The notes under the pieces are model-generated. The model did no database searches. It was given only the letters and a program-made list of their open reading frames with translations, and was not told where the DNA came from. Shown piece after piece: positions 10,021-17,834 of a DNA stretch of 49,247 nt. The stretch spans positions 1-49,247 of the forward strand of contig CAYPDQ010000002.1 in NCBI GenBank assembly GCA_964409535.1, in the 5' to 3' direction. Source of the DNA: an uncultured Candidatus Saccharibacteria bacterium (lineage in GTDB: Bacteria; Patescibacteriota; Minisyncoccia; UBA6257; 2-01-FULL-56-20). Each line of letters begins with the position of its first letter. Position 1 is the first letter of the stretch. The translations under genes and the position numbers were made by a program.

Positions 10021-10148
10021 CCCGTTAGAGACAGGAAACTTTCGTTTCCGTAAGTTATCACGCTAATTCGACTTTGGCTAAATTACTTGTTTGCGGTGCA
10101 ATAGTATGACTCATAAGCTTGCGGTCTCTAACGGGATTCATTGAGGGG

Positions 10149-10910
10149 TCAAATTTTCAGGAATTTGCCGACTCTGCGCCACTCCGCCGGTTTCATCAAG
10201 ATGGAGGAACTCAAGTGCCCGCCGCGTTTGCGGAGAATGAGTTTTGCGCCGGTGAGTTTCGCGAACTTGACAACCTCGTTCCAACGCACCGATTCATCGT
10301 CTTTGGCGTGGTAAATGAGGAGTTTCTTGCCGTCAATTTCGCGTGAGCGCGGCAAGGGGTTGTAGAACCTCCCGGATTTCAGCTTTCGAAAGTCCCTGCG
10401 GTTGAAACGGTAGCCGTTGCCGAAACCGAATTGCAGGAATTTTTGAAAGAAATCCATCGGCTCCGCCTTGGACGGCGCGCGCCACTCCACGACCGGGGAC
10501 ACGCAGATCACTTTGCTTACTCTCGGGTCGCGGGAGGCCAGAATCCCTGCCGGCCCGCCGAAACTGCCAGCGATAAGGTATATAGCGGCGGGTTTTACTT
10601 TCATTCTCTTTTTGCCACGCACAGTCAGATATTCAAATCCTCTGGGTAGCTGGTCAATGATGTCCAAAATGTCCCGTTCCAAAGAAAGTTTCAAAAAACT
10701 CCCGTTGCTTTCCCAAGTGCCCCGGTAGCGGGGATAAAAAAACCAAAAGCCCTTCCTGCTCCAAAACCGGAGCATTTCCCTGTGCCGCGGCACCCCAGGC
10801 GCGCCGCTGCAAAAAATAATGACTCTTTGCGGTTTCTTAGAGTTATATCGCGCAGGCGGTAAAAACTCCGCTACAATTTCCTTCTTGAACCGAGTTCGCA
10901 ATATTTCCAT
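10149..10910 (-). CDS. alpha/beta-fold hydrolase
   Basis: 253 aa. Nucleophile-elbow-like IAGSFGG, a later acidic residue (HAKDDESV) and a C-terminal GGH. Confidence 0.65.
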   Translation of the reverse strand: MEILRTRFKKEIVAEFLPPARYNSKKPQRVIIFCSGAPGVPRHREMLRFWSRKGFWFFYPRYRGTWESNGSFLKLSLERDILDIIDQLPRGFEYLTVRGKKRMKVKPAAIYLIAGSFGGPAGILASRDPRVSKVICVSPVVEWRAPSKAEPMDFFQKFLQFGFGNGYRFNRRDFRKLKSGRFYNPLPRSREIDGKKLLIYHAKDDESVRWNEVVKFAKLTGAKLILRKRGGHLSSSILMKPAEWRRVGKFLKI

Positions 10911-10921
10911 ATCCGTTCAAT

Positions 10922-12181
10922 CTAACCCGCCGGGCCGAGGCGGCGCAACATTTTTCTTTTCTCATCCGGCGAGACGCGCATTCTCTCCACTGCCCGGGCA
11001 AGAACTCTTATCGCCTCGTCGTAGGTCGGCCGGTCAACCGGATACGGAGTCGCATCCTTGCCGCCGAAAGCGAAACTGTAACGCGCCGGATCCTCGTAAG
11101 ACGGCGCAGCGCCATAGATCACCTCGCCCACAAGAGCAAGCGCGCGAATGGTCTTGGGGCCCACCCCTTCTGTGGCCAAGGTCTTCTCGTAGGTCCTCGG
11201 TTTCTCGTCGGTCAGCTTCGCCAATATCTTTTCCAGATAGCGGCTCTGGGAAAAGTTCTCCCGCACCACCGGGTGAGTATGGAATTCCCGCGGAGCGAAC
11301 TCCACCACGGTGAAAAGCTCGCCCTGCTTGCCCGCCGAAGCTTTAGCGAAGGCGGGCCGGTTCTGAAGAGTAATTGTTCTGACCAAGTTGGAGCTGTACT
11401 TGCGGAGAATGGAAATGTCTTTCATCAAACTGCGGTAACCGCCGGAGAGAAGTTCCAAACTGGTGTTCCGGCTCTTGGCGCTCTCCCGCGCGGTCATATT
11501 GAGGGAAGAATGCCTCTCGCCCGCCACTATTGCCGTGTGTGGTTCATTAACAAAATCAAACCTTTTGTTGGAAGCGGCATGCGCCTGCCCCGTACCAAGC
11601 TCGCTTTGGTATGGGGGCTCTTCCACGAGGTCTCTTACGTTTTCCGAATACCAATGATAGCGGCGGGCAGTCGCGGTTTCCGTGTTCATTCCTTGCTGGA
11701 CCACTGCCCAACTGCCGGAGCGGCTGAAGAAAAACGAATGGTGGTAGATCTGATAGCCGTCCTGGATGAGAGCCGAGTCCACTTTGGCCGCCATTCTGGA
11801 GTTGTAAGCCAGATTGCTCACCACCCCTCCGGAAAGAGCTAGGCGCTCGCCCCAATTCCGGATCTCTTCCGGGGTCTTGCGCGAGGTCTTGCCTTTACCA
11901 CCGCAGATAAAAATACCCAGCTCTCTTTCTTCCCCGCGGATGGCCTCCTTAAGCGCTGCGGTCAAAATGGTGGTGAGTCCCGAGGCGTTCCAGTCAAAAG
12001 CCAAGACCGTCCCCAGGGACTGGAACCAGACCGGGTCGGAAATCCTACGGACAAACTCTTCCGGCCCCATCTCCGCAACCAAAACCCGGACAATATCCCG
12101 GCCAAGCTTGACCATGCGTTCGAATAGCCAGCGCGGACAGCGGCCATCGTCCAGCGTGAATGTAGCAACTCCCCGGCGCAT
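10922..12181 (-). CDS. DUF763-family protein (function unknown)
   Basis: The N-terminus (CPRWLFERMVKLGRDIV...GPEEFVRRISDPVWFQSLGTVLAFDWNASGLTT) matches my recollection of the conserved DUF763 N-terminal block. Confidence 0.65.
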   Translation of the reverse strand: MRRGVATFTLDDGRCPRWLFERMVKLGRDIVRVLVAEMGPEEFVRRISDPVWFQSLGTVLAFDWNASGLTTILTAALKEAIRGEERELGIFICGGKGKTSRKTPEEIRNWGERLALSGGVVSNLAYNSRMAAKVDSALIQDGYQIYHHSFFFSRSGSWAVVQQGMNTETATARRYHWYSENVRDLVEEPPYQSELGTGQAHAASNKRFDFVNEPHTAIVAGERHSSLNMTARESAKSRNTSLELLSGGYRSLMKDISILRKYSSNLVRTITLQNRPAFAKASAGKQGELFTVVEFAPREFHTHPVVRENFSQSRYLEKILAKLTDEKPRTYEKTLATEGVGPKTIRALALVGEVIYGAAPSYEDPARYSFAFGGKDATPYPVDRPTYDEAIRVLARAVERMRVSPDEKRKMLRRLGPAG

Positions 12182-12193
12182 CGCAGGGGTATT

Positions 12194-12538
12194 TTACTCC
12201 TTATTCAGGAAGTAAAGCGACAGCGCCGCAAGGGCAAGGCCCACGTCCCGGAAAACGATGTCCAAAAGCGCGAGGTTGAAAACGGTTATCGCCGCGAGGT
12301 TCAAAAACGCTAAAGCGGCCGCCCACTTGAGCCATCTTCCCCAAACGAGCCACGCCGCGAGAACTATCTCAAAAACGGCGTGGGTATACAAAAATACCTG
12401 CGTCTGCGCGCCGAGGATGTTTTTAACAAAAAGCGGGATGTAGCCGATCCAGTTCGTAGGCGTGAGGAGCATCGCGATGCCCGCGTAAGCGAAGACAAAA
12501 GCCAGACCCAAACGCAATGTGGTTTGAGCGAACCTCAT
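12194..12538 (-). CDS. small 4-TM membrane protein (DoxX-like), apparent paralogue of 40680..41048
   Basis: 114 aa and hydrophobic. Shares LR.G.A..F...G...P..W and a C-terminal RD(V/I)GL pattern with the ORF at 40680..41048. Confidence 0.5.
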   Translation of the reverse strand: MRFAQTTLRLGLAFVFAYAGIAMLLTPTNWIGYIPLFVKNILGAQTQVFLYTHAVFEIVLAAWLVWGRWLKWAAALAFLNLAAITVFNLALLDIVFRDVGLALAALSLYFLNKE

Positions 12539-13056
12539 CTTTGGTAAGTCCCCATCAATTCCGCCTCGGCGATGACGTGGCCATTCATCGCGTCTCTCAA
12601 CTCATTTACGTTCGCATCCGAACCCAGGTCCAAAATCGTATCCAGAGCGTAGAGTTTAAAGTAGTAGCGATGCGCCCGGCCCGCCGGTGGACAAGGACCG
12701 CCGTAGCCGCCGCGCCCGAAACTCGTTTCGCCTTCCACGCTTTGTGGCGGCACGCTCCCTTCTCCGATGGCGGCGGTCTGCGGAGGAATGTTCCACGCCG
12801 TCCAGTGGGTGAAAGTTCCGCCGGGCGCGTCCGGGTCGTCCACGATCAAAACCAAACTCGCCGCCTCCGCCGGGACGTCCTGGACGCGGAGTTCCGGATT
12901 CACGTCGCCGCCGTCGCAGGTGAACTTGACCGGAATTCCCTCTCCCTCGCCGAAACTTGGACTGGTCAAAATCATTTTGCTTCTAATTAGCATCGCCGCG
13001 CCGACCAAGAGCGCGATCAAAGCCGCCAAGGTAAGTATAATCCGTAACCACCTCAT
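12535..13056 (-). CDS. YbhB/YbcL-family PEBP (Raf kinase inhibitor-like) protein with signal anchor
   Basis: LVLIVDDPDAPGGTFTHWTAWNIP and GYGGPCPPAGRAHRYYFKLYALD are PEBP signatures. Confidence 0.85.
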   Translation of the reverse strand: MRWLRIILTLAALIALLVGAAMLIRSKMILTSPSFGEGEGIPVKFTCDGGDVNPELRVQDVPAEAASLVLIVDDPDAPGGTFTHWTAWNIPPQTAAIGEGSVPPQSVEGETSFGRGGYGGPCPPAGRAHRYYFKLYALDTILDLGSDANVNELRDAMNGHVIAEAELMGTYQR

Positions 13057-13451
13057 TTTCTACGCGGGGTAAACCACTTGGACTTTTTCATCCTCCTTTG
13101 CATAGCCGACTTCTTTTCGGCCACGGTTTCCAGGTAATTGGCGTACTCCTGCCGCATAAGCCCAAGCGCATTTTCACTGCGGGGCTTCGTCCTCCCGGGA
13201 TAGCGCCAAGCGCTTATTATTTTACGCTTGCTCCCGACGTCCTGGTACATCACCCAAATCTCGTGTTTGCCGTTGCCAGCGGGCTGCATCGAGGCCCAGG
13301 TTTTGGGCGCGATCCCCTCCTCCGTCCGCGCGGGCGAGTGCAAAACCCGCCGCACCCGCGCCTCGGAGAGCCGATAGAAACCCATCTTCTCCCGGCTGTG
13401 CCAGGTCCAGTGGATGGTTTTGGGCTTATGAATGACGACTATTGACATCAA
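13053..13451 (-). CDS. hypothetical basic protein
   Basis: 132-aa ORF at native GC. The likely ATG at 13448-13446 overlaps the TGA of the upstream gene (TGATG). No family recognised with confidence. Confidence 0.45.
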   Translation of the reverse strand: MMSIVVIHKPKTIHWTWHSREKMGFYRLSEARVRRVLHSPARTEEGIAPKTWASMQPAGNGKHEIWVMYQDVGSKRKIISAWRYPGRTKPRSENALGLMRQEYANYLETVAEKKSAMQRRMKKSKWFTPRRK

Positions 13452-14278
13452 TGGATTTCACAAATCAGTTGCGCACGCTTCAAATATACCTCCCACTCTC
13501 GTTTTGCTATATCTATATCCCTCTCAAGAATTCTGTTGTGCCGATATTCACTGCCGCACACCCTTGCAGAAAAGTACCAGATGCCCATATTGGATTTTTC
13601 CGGATTATTGCTGTGATCCACAATAAACCGTGCCACGTCTTTATCTGTTTTAGTAGTATTGTTCAGCATTTTGACTGTCCGTCGCACCCATATATCTATG
13701 GGCTGTAACAAAAATCTATGTTCTAGGCTAAACTTTTCAGTATTGATATCCGTAATTTCCTTTAAGTCGCGTAAGAAAAAAGAAGATATTTTCGGGCCAA
13801 CCCCCCGAATATTTTTCACAAATTCAAACGCTACTTGGACTTCCCCTTGTTGCAACGAATCTTGCGTTGTTTTCACTAAGTTAGCTTTGTTACCCTCACG
13901 CAATTGTCGCAATAGCGACTTTGAATGTGGCGATTTTGCACTTGGATTAAGCGGTTGTCGATCAAGATTTAGTCTTTCATCTCCAAGTTTGTCTTTAAAA
14001 GATTTCCATAATTCTTCTTCTGTAATACTATCAATCCTGCCTTCCTTTAAAGCATTGCCTTCCTTCACGGCATCAACGGCAGCGTGGGTATAGTTGGGGC
14101 TCCTTCCCTGCCTCTCAAATGCATATCCGTTCAAGAAAAAAGCGGCGGCTTGCCACGGTTCCTTGCACTCTCCATATTCTTCCCAGTTAGGCCACAAAAT
14201 AGTTTGACAATAAACCCCGCCGACTTCTTCAAAAAACTTCATCCAGTGTTTTACCAAATCCAAGCGGACTATTTCCAT
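13448..14278 (-). CDS. HhH-GPD superfamily DNA glycosylase-like protein (divergent, Ogg2/EndoIII-like motif)
   Basis: IRGVGPKISSFFLRDL is a helix-hairpin-helix with Lys at the EndoIII K120-equivalent position. QPIDIWVRR downstream resembles the VDTHV/LDRH catalytic-Asp motif. The gene is low-GC. Confidence 0.55.
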   Translation of the reverse strand: MEIVRLDLVKHWMKFFEEVGGVYCQTILWPNWEEYGECKEPWQAAAFFLNGYAFERQGRSPNYTHAAVDAVKEGNALKEGRIDSITEEELWKSFKDKLGDERLNLDRQPLNPSAKSPHSKSLLRQLREGNKANLVKTTQDSLQQGEVQVAFEFVKNIRGVGPKISSFFLRDLKEITDINTEKFSLEHRFLLQPIDIWVRRTVKMLNNTTKTDKDVARFIVDHSNNPEKSNMGIWYFSARVCGSEYRHNRILERDIDIAKREWEVYLKRAQLICEIH

Positions 14279-15030
14279 TTCTCAATTTTCCTTATCATTT
14301 TCTCAAATTTTTCCGTGGGCATGTATTTCGATCTGCTCCGATTAGCCTCGGCATCAAATTCTAAATTACCGGACAGCAAAACAAAGTTTTCCTTATTGGG
14401 CAACCCACTATTCCTAATAAAGTCTTTTTCGTAATCCTCTACCTTATATTTTGAACGCCTACGGTGAGCTGCCGATACAGATGGCAACAATAGAAAATAC
14501 TGGCTCTTACTAATTCTGTGCGTCTGGCAATGCTTCTCAATTTGTTTCCTAAAATCGCTAATCGCCTTGTCCTGATCATACCCTCCTCTCTCTCCTCGTC
14601 GGAACTTACGTCTAACTTTCTTGATATTCTCTCTGGTAAAAACGCCTTGCATCCATCCTATTTTCGCCTTTGTCTCTACGATTGCTATCGTTCTACCATC
14701 TTTTTCTACCCTAACGTCAGGAACTGTTTTCTCTTTCTGACGCCGTAGGTAAATTTCCCACCCTAGATTTTTAACTTTGGAGTAGTGGTAGAAAATCCTA
14801 GCTATCAAAAACTCCATTTCTGAAGTTACAGGGTTATGATAAGCGGATTCGAATACATCTTTCTCCTTAAATGTATCTTTTACCGATTGCTCTGACGTGT
14901 ATAACTCTCCTATATAATCCAGTAGAAGCTTCGTTGCCTTTTTTCTGCTTGAAAGTAAATTGGCAATATACTTCGCTTTTCCATCCAACCATAAATAGTA
15001 CTCTCTTTTAATTTTGGAAAGTTTCTTCAT
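14269..15030 (-). CDS. PD-(D/E)xK nuclease, restriction-endonuclease-like
   Basis: SEMEFLIARIF ... VPDVRVEKDGRTIAIVETKAKIG fits the E-Xn-PD-Xn-ExK catalytic core. Low-GC. Overlaps the downstream glycosylase-like gene by 10 nt. Confidence 0.55.
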   Translation of the reverse strand: MKKLSKIKREYYLWLDGKAKYIANLLSSRKKATKLLLDYIGELYTSEQSVKDTFKEKDVFESAYHNPVTSEMEFLIARIFYHYSKVKNLGWEIYLRRQKEKTVPDVRVEKDGRTIAIVETKAKIGWMQGVFTRENIKKVRRKFRRGERGGYDQDKAISDFRKQIEKHCQTHRISKSQYFLLLPSVSAAHRRRSKYKVEDYEKDFIRNSGLPNKENFVLLSGNLEFDAEANRSRSKYMPTEKFEKMIRKIEKWK

Positions 15031-15161
15031 TGCTTACGCTTCTAACGATAGGCAGGGCAGGCAGAAATGCAAGGAAATCACTGTTAATAACTTGATTGGC
15101 CTGTGGCTTGACAAAATGTCCTTGGTTGATCTATGCTTTTGGCATAATCACTAGGAAAAAG

Positions 15162-15198
15162 CACGGCTCGGGGTCTCGTTCCCAAGCGGTGTTTTTTT
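15162..15198 (-). terminator. rho-independent terminator after the Cas4-like gene (bidirectional architecture)
   Basis: Imperfect GC-rich stem: 15162-15172 pairs with 15181-15191, with two mismatches. It is flanked by A5 (15156-15160) and T7 (15192-15198). On the minus strand the hairpin is followed by TTTTT. Confidence 0.6.
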
Positions 15199-15889
15199 AT
15201 TTCTTGGATACCAAAACCGCATTCTTGCGGTACTCGCAGTATTCGCAGTCCGAAGACGGTTCCGGCACTGCATCTCCATCCAAAACCTTCCGCGCTTTTT
15301 CCAAAACGCCCGGCACCCAGGAGGGGTCGCCCTTCAAGGGCTCCACGAAAATGTCGAAGGTCAGATTTGGCCTGCCCTCACCGTTGGAAAAGCCGTCTTT
15401 TTTGTCCACCCGCGCAAAGACGAAGTAGCCAGTGTCGGAGACCGGATACTCGTTCTGCCGCAACAGCCACTGATATATCTCCATCTGCCGCGGATAGGAC
15501 TCGTGGACTTTGTGTTCATTCGCGCCCGTGGCCTTGTAGTCCACGACGATTAGCTCGCCTTTGGGATTTACCCAGACGTCGTCCACCGCGCCGTAGACCA
15601 GAAAGTCCGTCGGCTTGTGATGGAACTGCACGCCGGTGAAATTGTGCCGCCATTTATTCAGTTTCTCCGATCTGTACGGAACCGCGTCCACTCCGGCTTC
15701 AACCATTATCGGGTGCGGCTTGCCTTTTTCGCGGTAAACGTCAAACTCCTGCTTCAGGATGTAGTCAATCGCGGTGTTTATGGTATAGGGCGCGGGCGGC
15801 GGGCGCTTGACTCCGTGCTTCACGTCCAGCCAAAAGCAGCGCGGGCAATCCAAGTATAGTTCAATTTTGGAACGGGAGAGTTTGGTCAT
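15197..15889 (-). CDS. Cas4/RecB-like PD-(D/E)xK nuclease with putative Fe-S cysteines
   Basis: N-terminal CPRCFW, a core (GAVDDVW...LIVVDYKAT), and a C-terminal CEYCEY. This is the PDDEXK_1/Cas4-type arrangement. No CRISPR or cas genes are nearby. Confidence 0.7.
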   Translation of the reverse strand: MTKLSRSKIELYLDCPRCFWLDVKHGVKRPPPAPYTINTAIDYILKQEFDVYREKGKPHPIMVEAGVDAVPYRSEKLNKWRHNFTGVQFHHKPTDFLVYGAVDDVWVNPKGELIVVDYKATGANEHKVHESYPRQMEIYQWLLRQNEYPVSDTGYFVFARVDKKDGFSNGEGRPNLTFDIFVEPLKGDPSWVPGVLEKARKVLDGDAVPEPSSDCEYCEYRKNAVLVSKK

Positions 15890-16914
15890 CCTGCAATCTC
15901 TCTCTTCAAAATCAGTGCGGAATATATGTCAAACAGGGCAAAAAGCGCGGAGAGAACGAGCGGCCCGGCGAGGAAACCGATCGGGCCCATAAGCGAGAGC
16001 CCGCCCAAAACGGAGAGAAGTATGAGGAAGGGGTGAATATGCGATCCGCGTTTTATAAGCTGCGGCGCGAGGAAGTTGTCCAAGAGGCCGACCGCGAGCG
16101 CGCCCCAGATAAGGAGCCCCAGCGCCGCCGCCGACTTCGCAACGAGGAGAAGATAGATGACCGCCGGCACGACGACGAGAGACGTGCCTACGGTCGGGAC
16201 GAGCGCCGCAAACACGGTAACCGAACCCCAAAACGCCGGATTAGGCACGCCGAAAATCCAAAAACCGATTCCGGCTATGATACCCTGTAGCACCGCTATA
16301 AGAAGAGTGCCTTTCACGACCGAATTGATCGTTGCCGTAAGCCGCTGCCAGATGAGTTCGGAGTATTTCTGCGACAAGGGCATAAGCGCAACCAGACGCG
16401 CCTCAAATTTTTCACCGTCCTTCAGAAGATAATAAAGCCCCAAGAGGCCCAAAAGCAGAGTGATGAAAACTTGGGCCAGACCGGTGAAGAAAACCGCGAT
16501 GTTCTGCAAAAGCCAGGAGACGAACTGCCGCAAATATTCCCCGAAACTCACCGATATCCCCGGCAGCGCTCCCTGGAAGTAGTTCTCCAGGCGCTGCAGC
16601 GTCCCGCCGACGCCGTTTCTGCCTCCCAAAAGGTCCAAATACAGCCCGGTCGCTTCTTCAAATATCTGCAGGCCGAAGATCATAAGCGGAGTGAACACTA
16701 TTACGACCACGAGGAGAACGACGATAAGCGCGGAGACGCCCTCCCAGCCGCCAAGCCAGCTTTTCAGCCGCACGTACACCGGTTTCATCACCACCGCAAA
16801 AACGGCGGCGAGAATCAAGGCGCTCAAGTACGGCAGAAAAACGAAAATCGCAAGAACCAAGAAAAGCGCGAGTAAAAGAAGAAAGAAATTCGTCTCCAAG
16901 CGGTTCGTGTCCAC
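15886..16914 (-). CDS. AI-2E family transporter (PerM-like permease)
   Basis: 342 aa, about 8 TM segments, with a conserved C-terminal block (LDNFLAPQLIKRGSHIHPFLILLSVLGG). Confidence 0.8.
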   Translation of the reverse strand: MDTNRLETNFFLLLLALFLVLAIFVFLPYLSALILAAVFAVVMKPVYVRLKSWLGGWEGVSALIVVLLVVVIVFTPLMIFGLQIFEEATGLYLDLLGGRNGVGGTLQRLENYFQGALPGISVSFGEYLRQFVSWLLQNIAVFFTGLAQVFITLLLGLLGLYYLLKDGEKFEARLVALMPLSQKYSELIWQRLTATINSVVKGTLLIAVLQGIIAGIGFWIFGVPNPAFWGSVTVFAALVPTVGTSLVVVPAVIYLLLVAKSAAALGLLIWGALAVGLLDNFLAPQLIKRGSHIHPFLILLSVLGGLSLMGPIGFLAGPLVLSALFALFDIYSALILKREIAG

Positions 16915-16940
16915 TTTTATATCATACCACCTACTACCTA

Positions 16941-17543
16941 CTACTTACTAATTCTTGCCGCCCCCTGTCTCAAAACTCTCACCTTCCCGCCGGCTACAGA
17001 AACGACGGTGGACGGCGGCGAATCCAGCCGCCCGGCATTGATATAGAAATCTACCTTACCACCGAAGTACTTTTTCGCCTGGGTAATGGTCTTCGCCGGC
17101 GGGAGTCCCTCCAGGTTCGCGCTCGGCGCCACGAGCGGGCCGGTTTTTTTCAAAAACACGCGCAGTTTAGCGCTTTTCGGCAAGCGGAAAGCTAAGGTCT
17201 TTGTGCCGCGGTGGAGATAGTAGAACTTGTCCCTTGTCCCTTGTCTCTTGTCACTAAGCGGCAAGACGATGCTGATTTTGCCCGGCCACAAATTAGTCAA
17301 TAGGTTATAGGTTTTAGGTTTTAGACGAATGCCGAATTTCTTGAGGTCGGCGAGGGGGCCGATCAAAACTATCATCGGCTTTTTCAAATCCCGCTTGCGC
17401 AAACGATAAACTCGCTCCACCGCCTCGCGCGAAAAGGCAGAGGCGCAGATGCCGTAGAGGGTGTCGGTCGGCACGACGCCAATCCCGCCGCGCCGCAGAA
17501 CCTTTACGGCTTCTCTTGAAAAACTTTGGAAAACTTTTTCCAT
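16941..17543 (-). CDS. tsaC: L-threonylcarbamoyladenylate synthase (YrdC/TsaC family)
   Basis: GIGVVPTDTLYGICASA, WPGKISIVL, LVAPSANLEGLPPA. Confidence 0.85.
   Translation of the reverse strand: MEKVFQSFSREAVKVLRRGGIGVVPTDTLYGICASAFSREAVERVYRLRKRDLKKPMIVLIGPLADLKKFGIRLKPKTYNLLTNLWPGKISIVLPLSDKRQGTRDKFYYLHRGTKTLAFRLPKSAKLRVFLKKTGPLVAPSANLEGLPPAKTITQAKKYFGGKVDFYINAGRLDSPPSTVVSVAGGKVRVLRQGAARISK
17226..17253. repeat. heptanucleotide tandem repeat (CTTGTCC x2, CTTGTCT, CTTGTCA) inside tsaC
   Basis: Read directly from the sequence. Similar 7-nt tracts are at 16930-16950 (CCTACTA x2, CTTACTA) and 17301-17324 (TAGGTTA, TAGGTTT x2, TAG). Confidence 0.8.
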
Positions 17544-17593
17544 CCCGTGGAGCAGGGCGAGCCGTGCCCCGCAGGATAAAAACCCGAGCCGCC

Positions 17594-17821
17594 TTAGAGT
17601 TGCTGCAAATCCGCGTCTATATCCCGCAGGTCAAGCTGATCTACGTTTACGGCGTTCAAATCTTGATTGATCTGGGAAGTTGTGTCTTGAACCGCGCCGC
17701 CCGCCGGAGCGGAAAGGCCCCCGGTTGGAGCAGCAGCCGGAGTTGCCCGGAACCACCACCATAAGCCGGCCGCCAAAATGATCACCACCGCCAAAACGAT
17801 CAGCCAAGTTGTTTTGTTCAT
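17594..17821 (-). CDS. small membrane-anchored protein
   Basis: 75 aa. N-terminal TM helix (WLIVLAVVIILAAGLWWWF) and an acidic tail. Confidence 0.45.
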   Translation of the reverse strand: MNKTTWLIVLAVVIILAAGLWWWFRATPAAAPTGGLSAPAGGAVQDTTSQINQDLNAVNVDQLDLRDIDADLQQL

Positions 17822-17834
17822 GTTCGTGTTTTAA

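Noticed and set aside
10021-10135. 12-bp perfect inverted repeat (cccgttagagac / gtctctaacggg) bracketing the whole ychF upstream intergenic region, with the related 12-mer aatcccgttaga recurring at 21691-21702.
   Set aside because: My rough expectation for a perfect 12-bp inverted repeat within 150 nt somewhere in 49 kb is about 0.4, and 12-mer repeats across the window are expected by chance. It cannot be distinguished from coincidence without comparative data, although the 3' arm does abut the ychF ATG.
11330-11357. 7-bp stem (gcccgcc/ggcgggc) inside the DUF763 gene, encoding AFAKASAGK.
   Set aside because: The stem is short, the loop is 14 nt, and it is well within chance expectation for GC-rich coding sequence.
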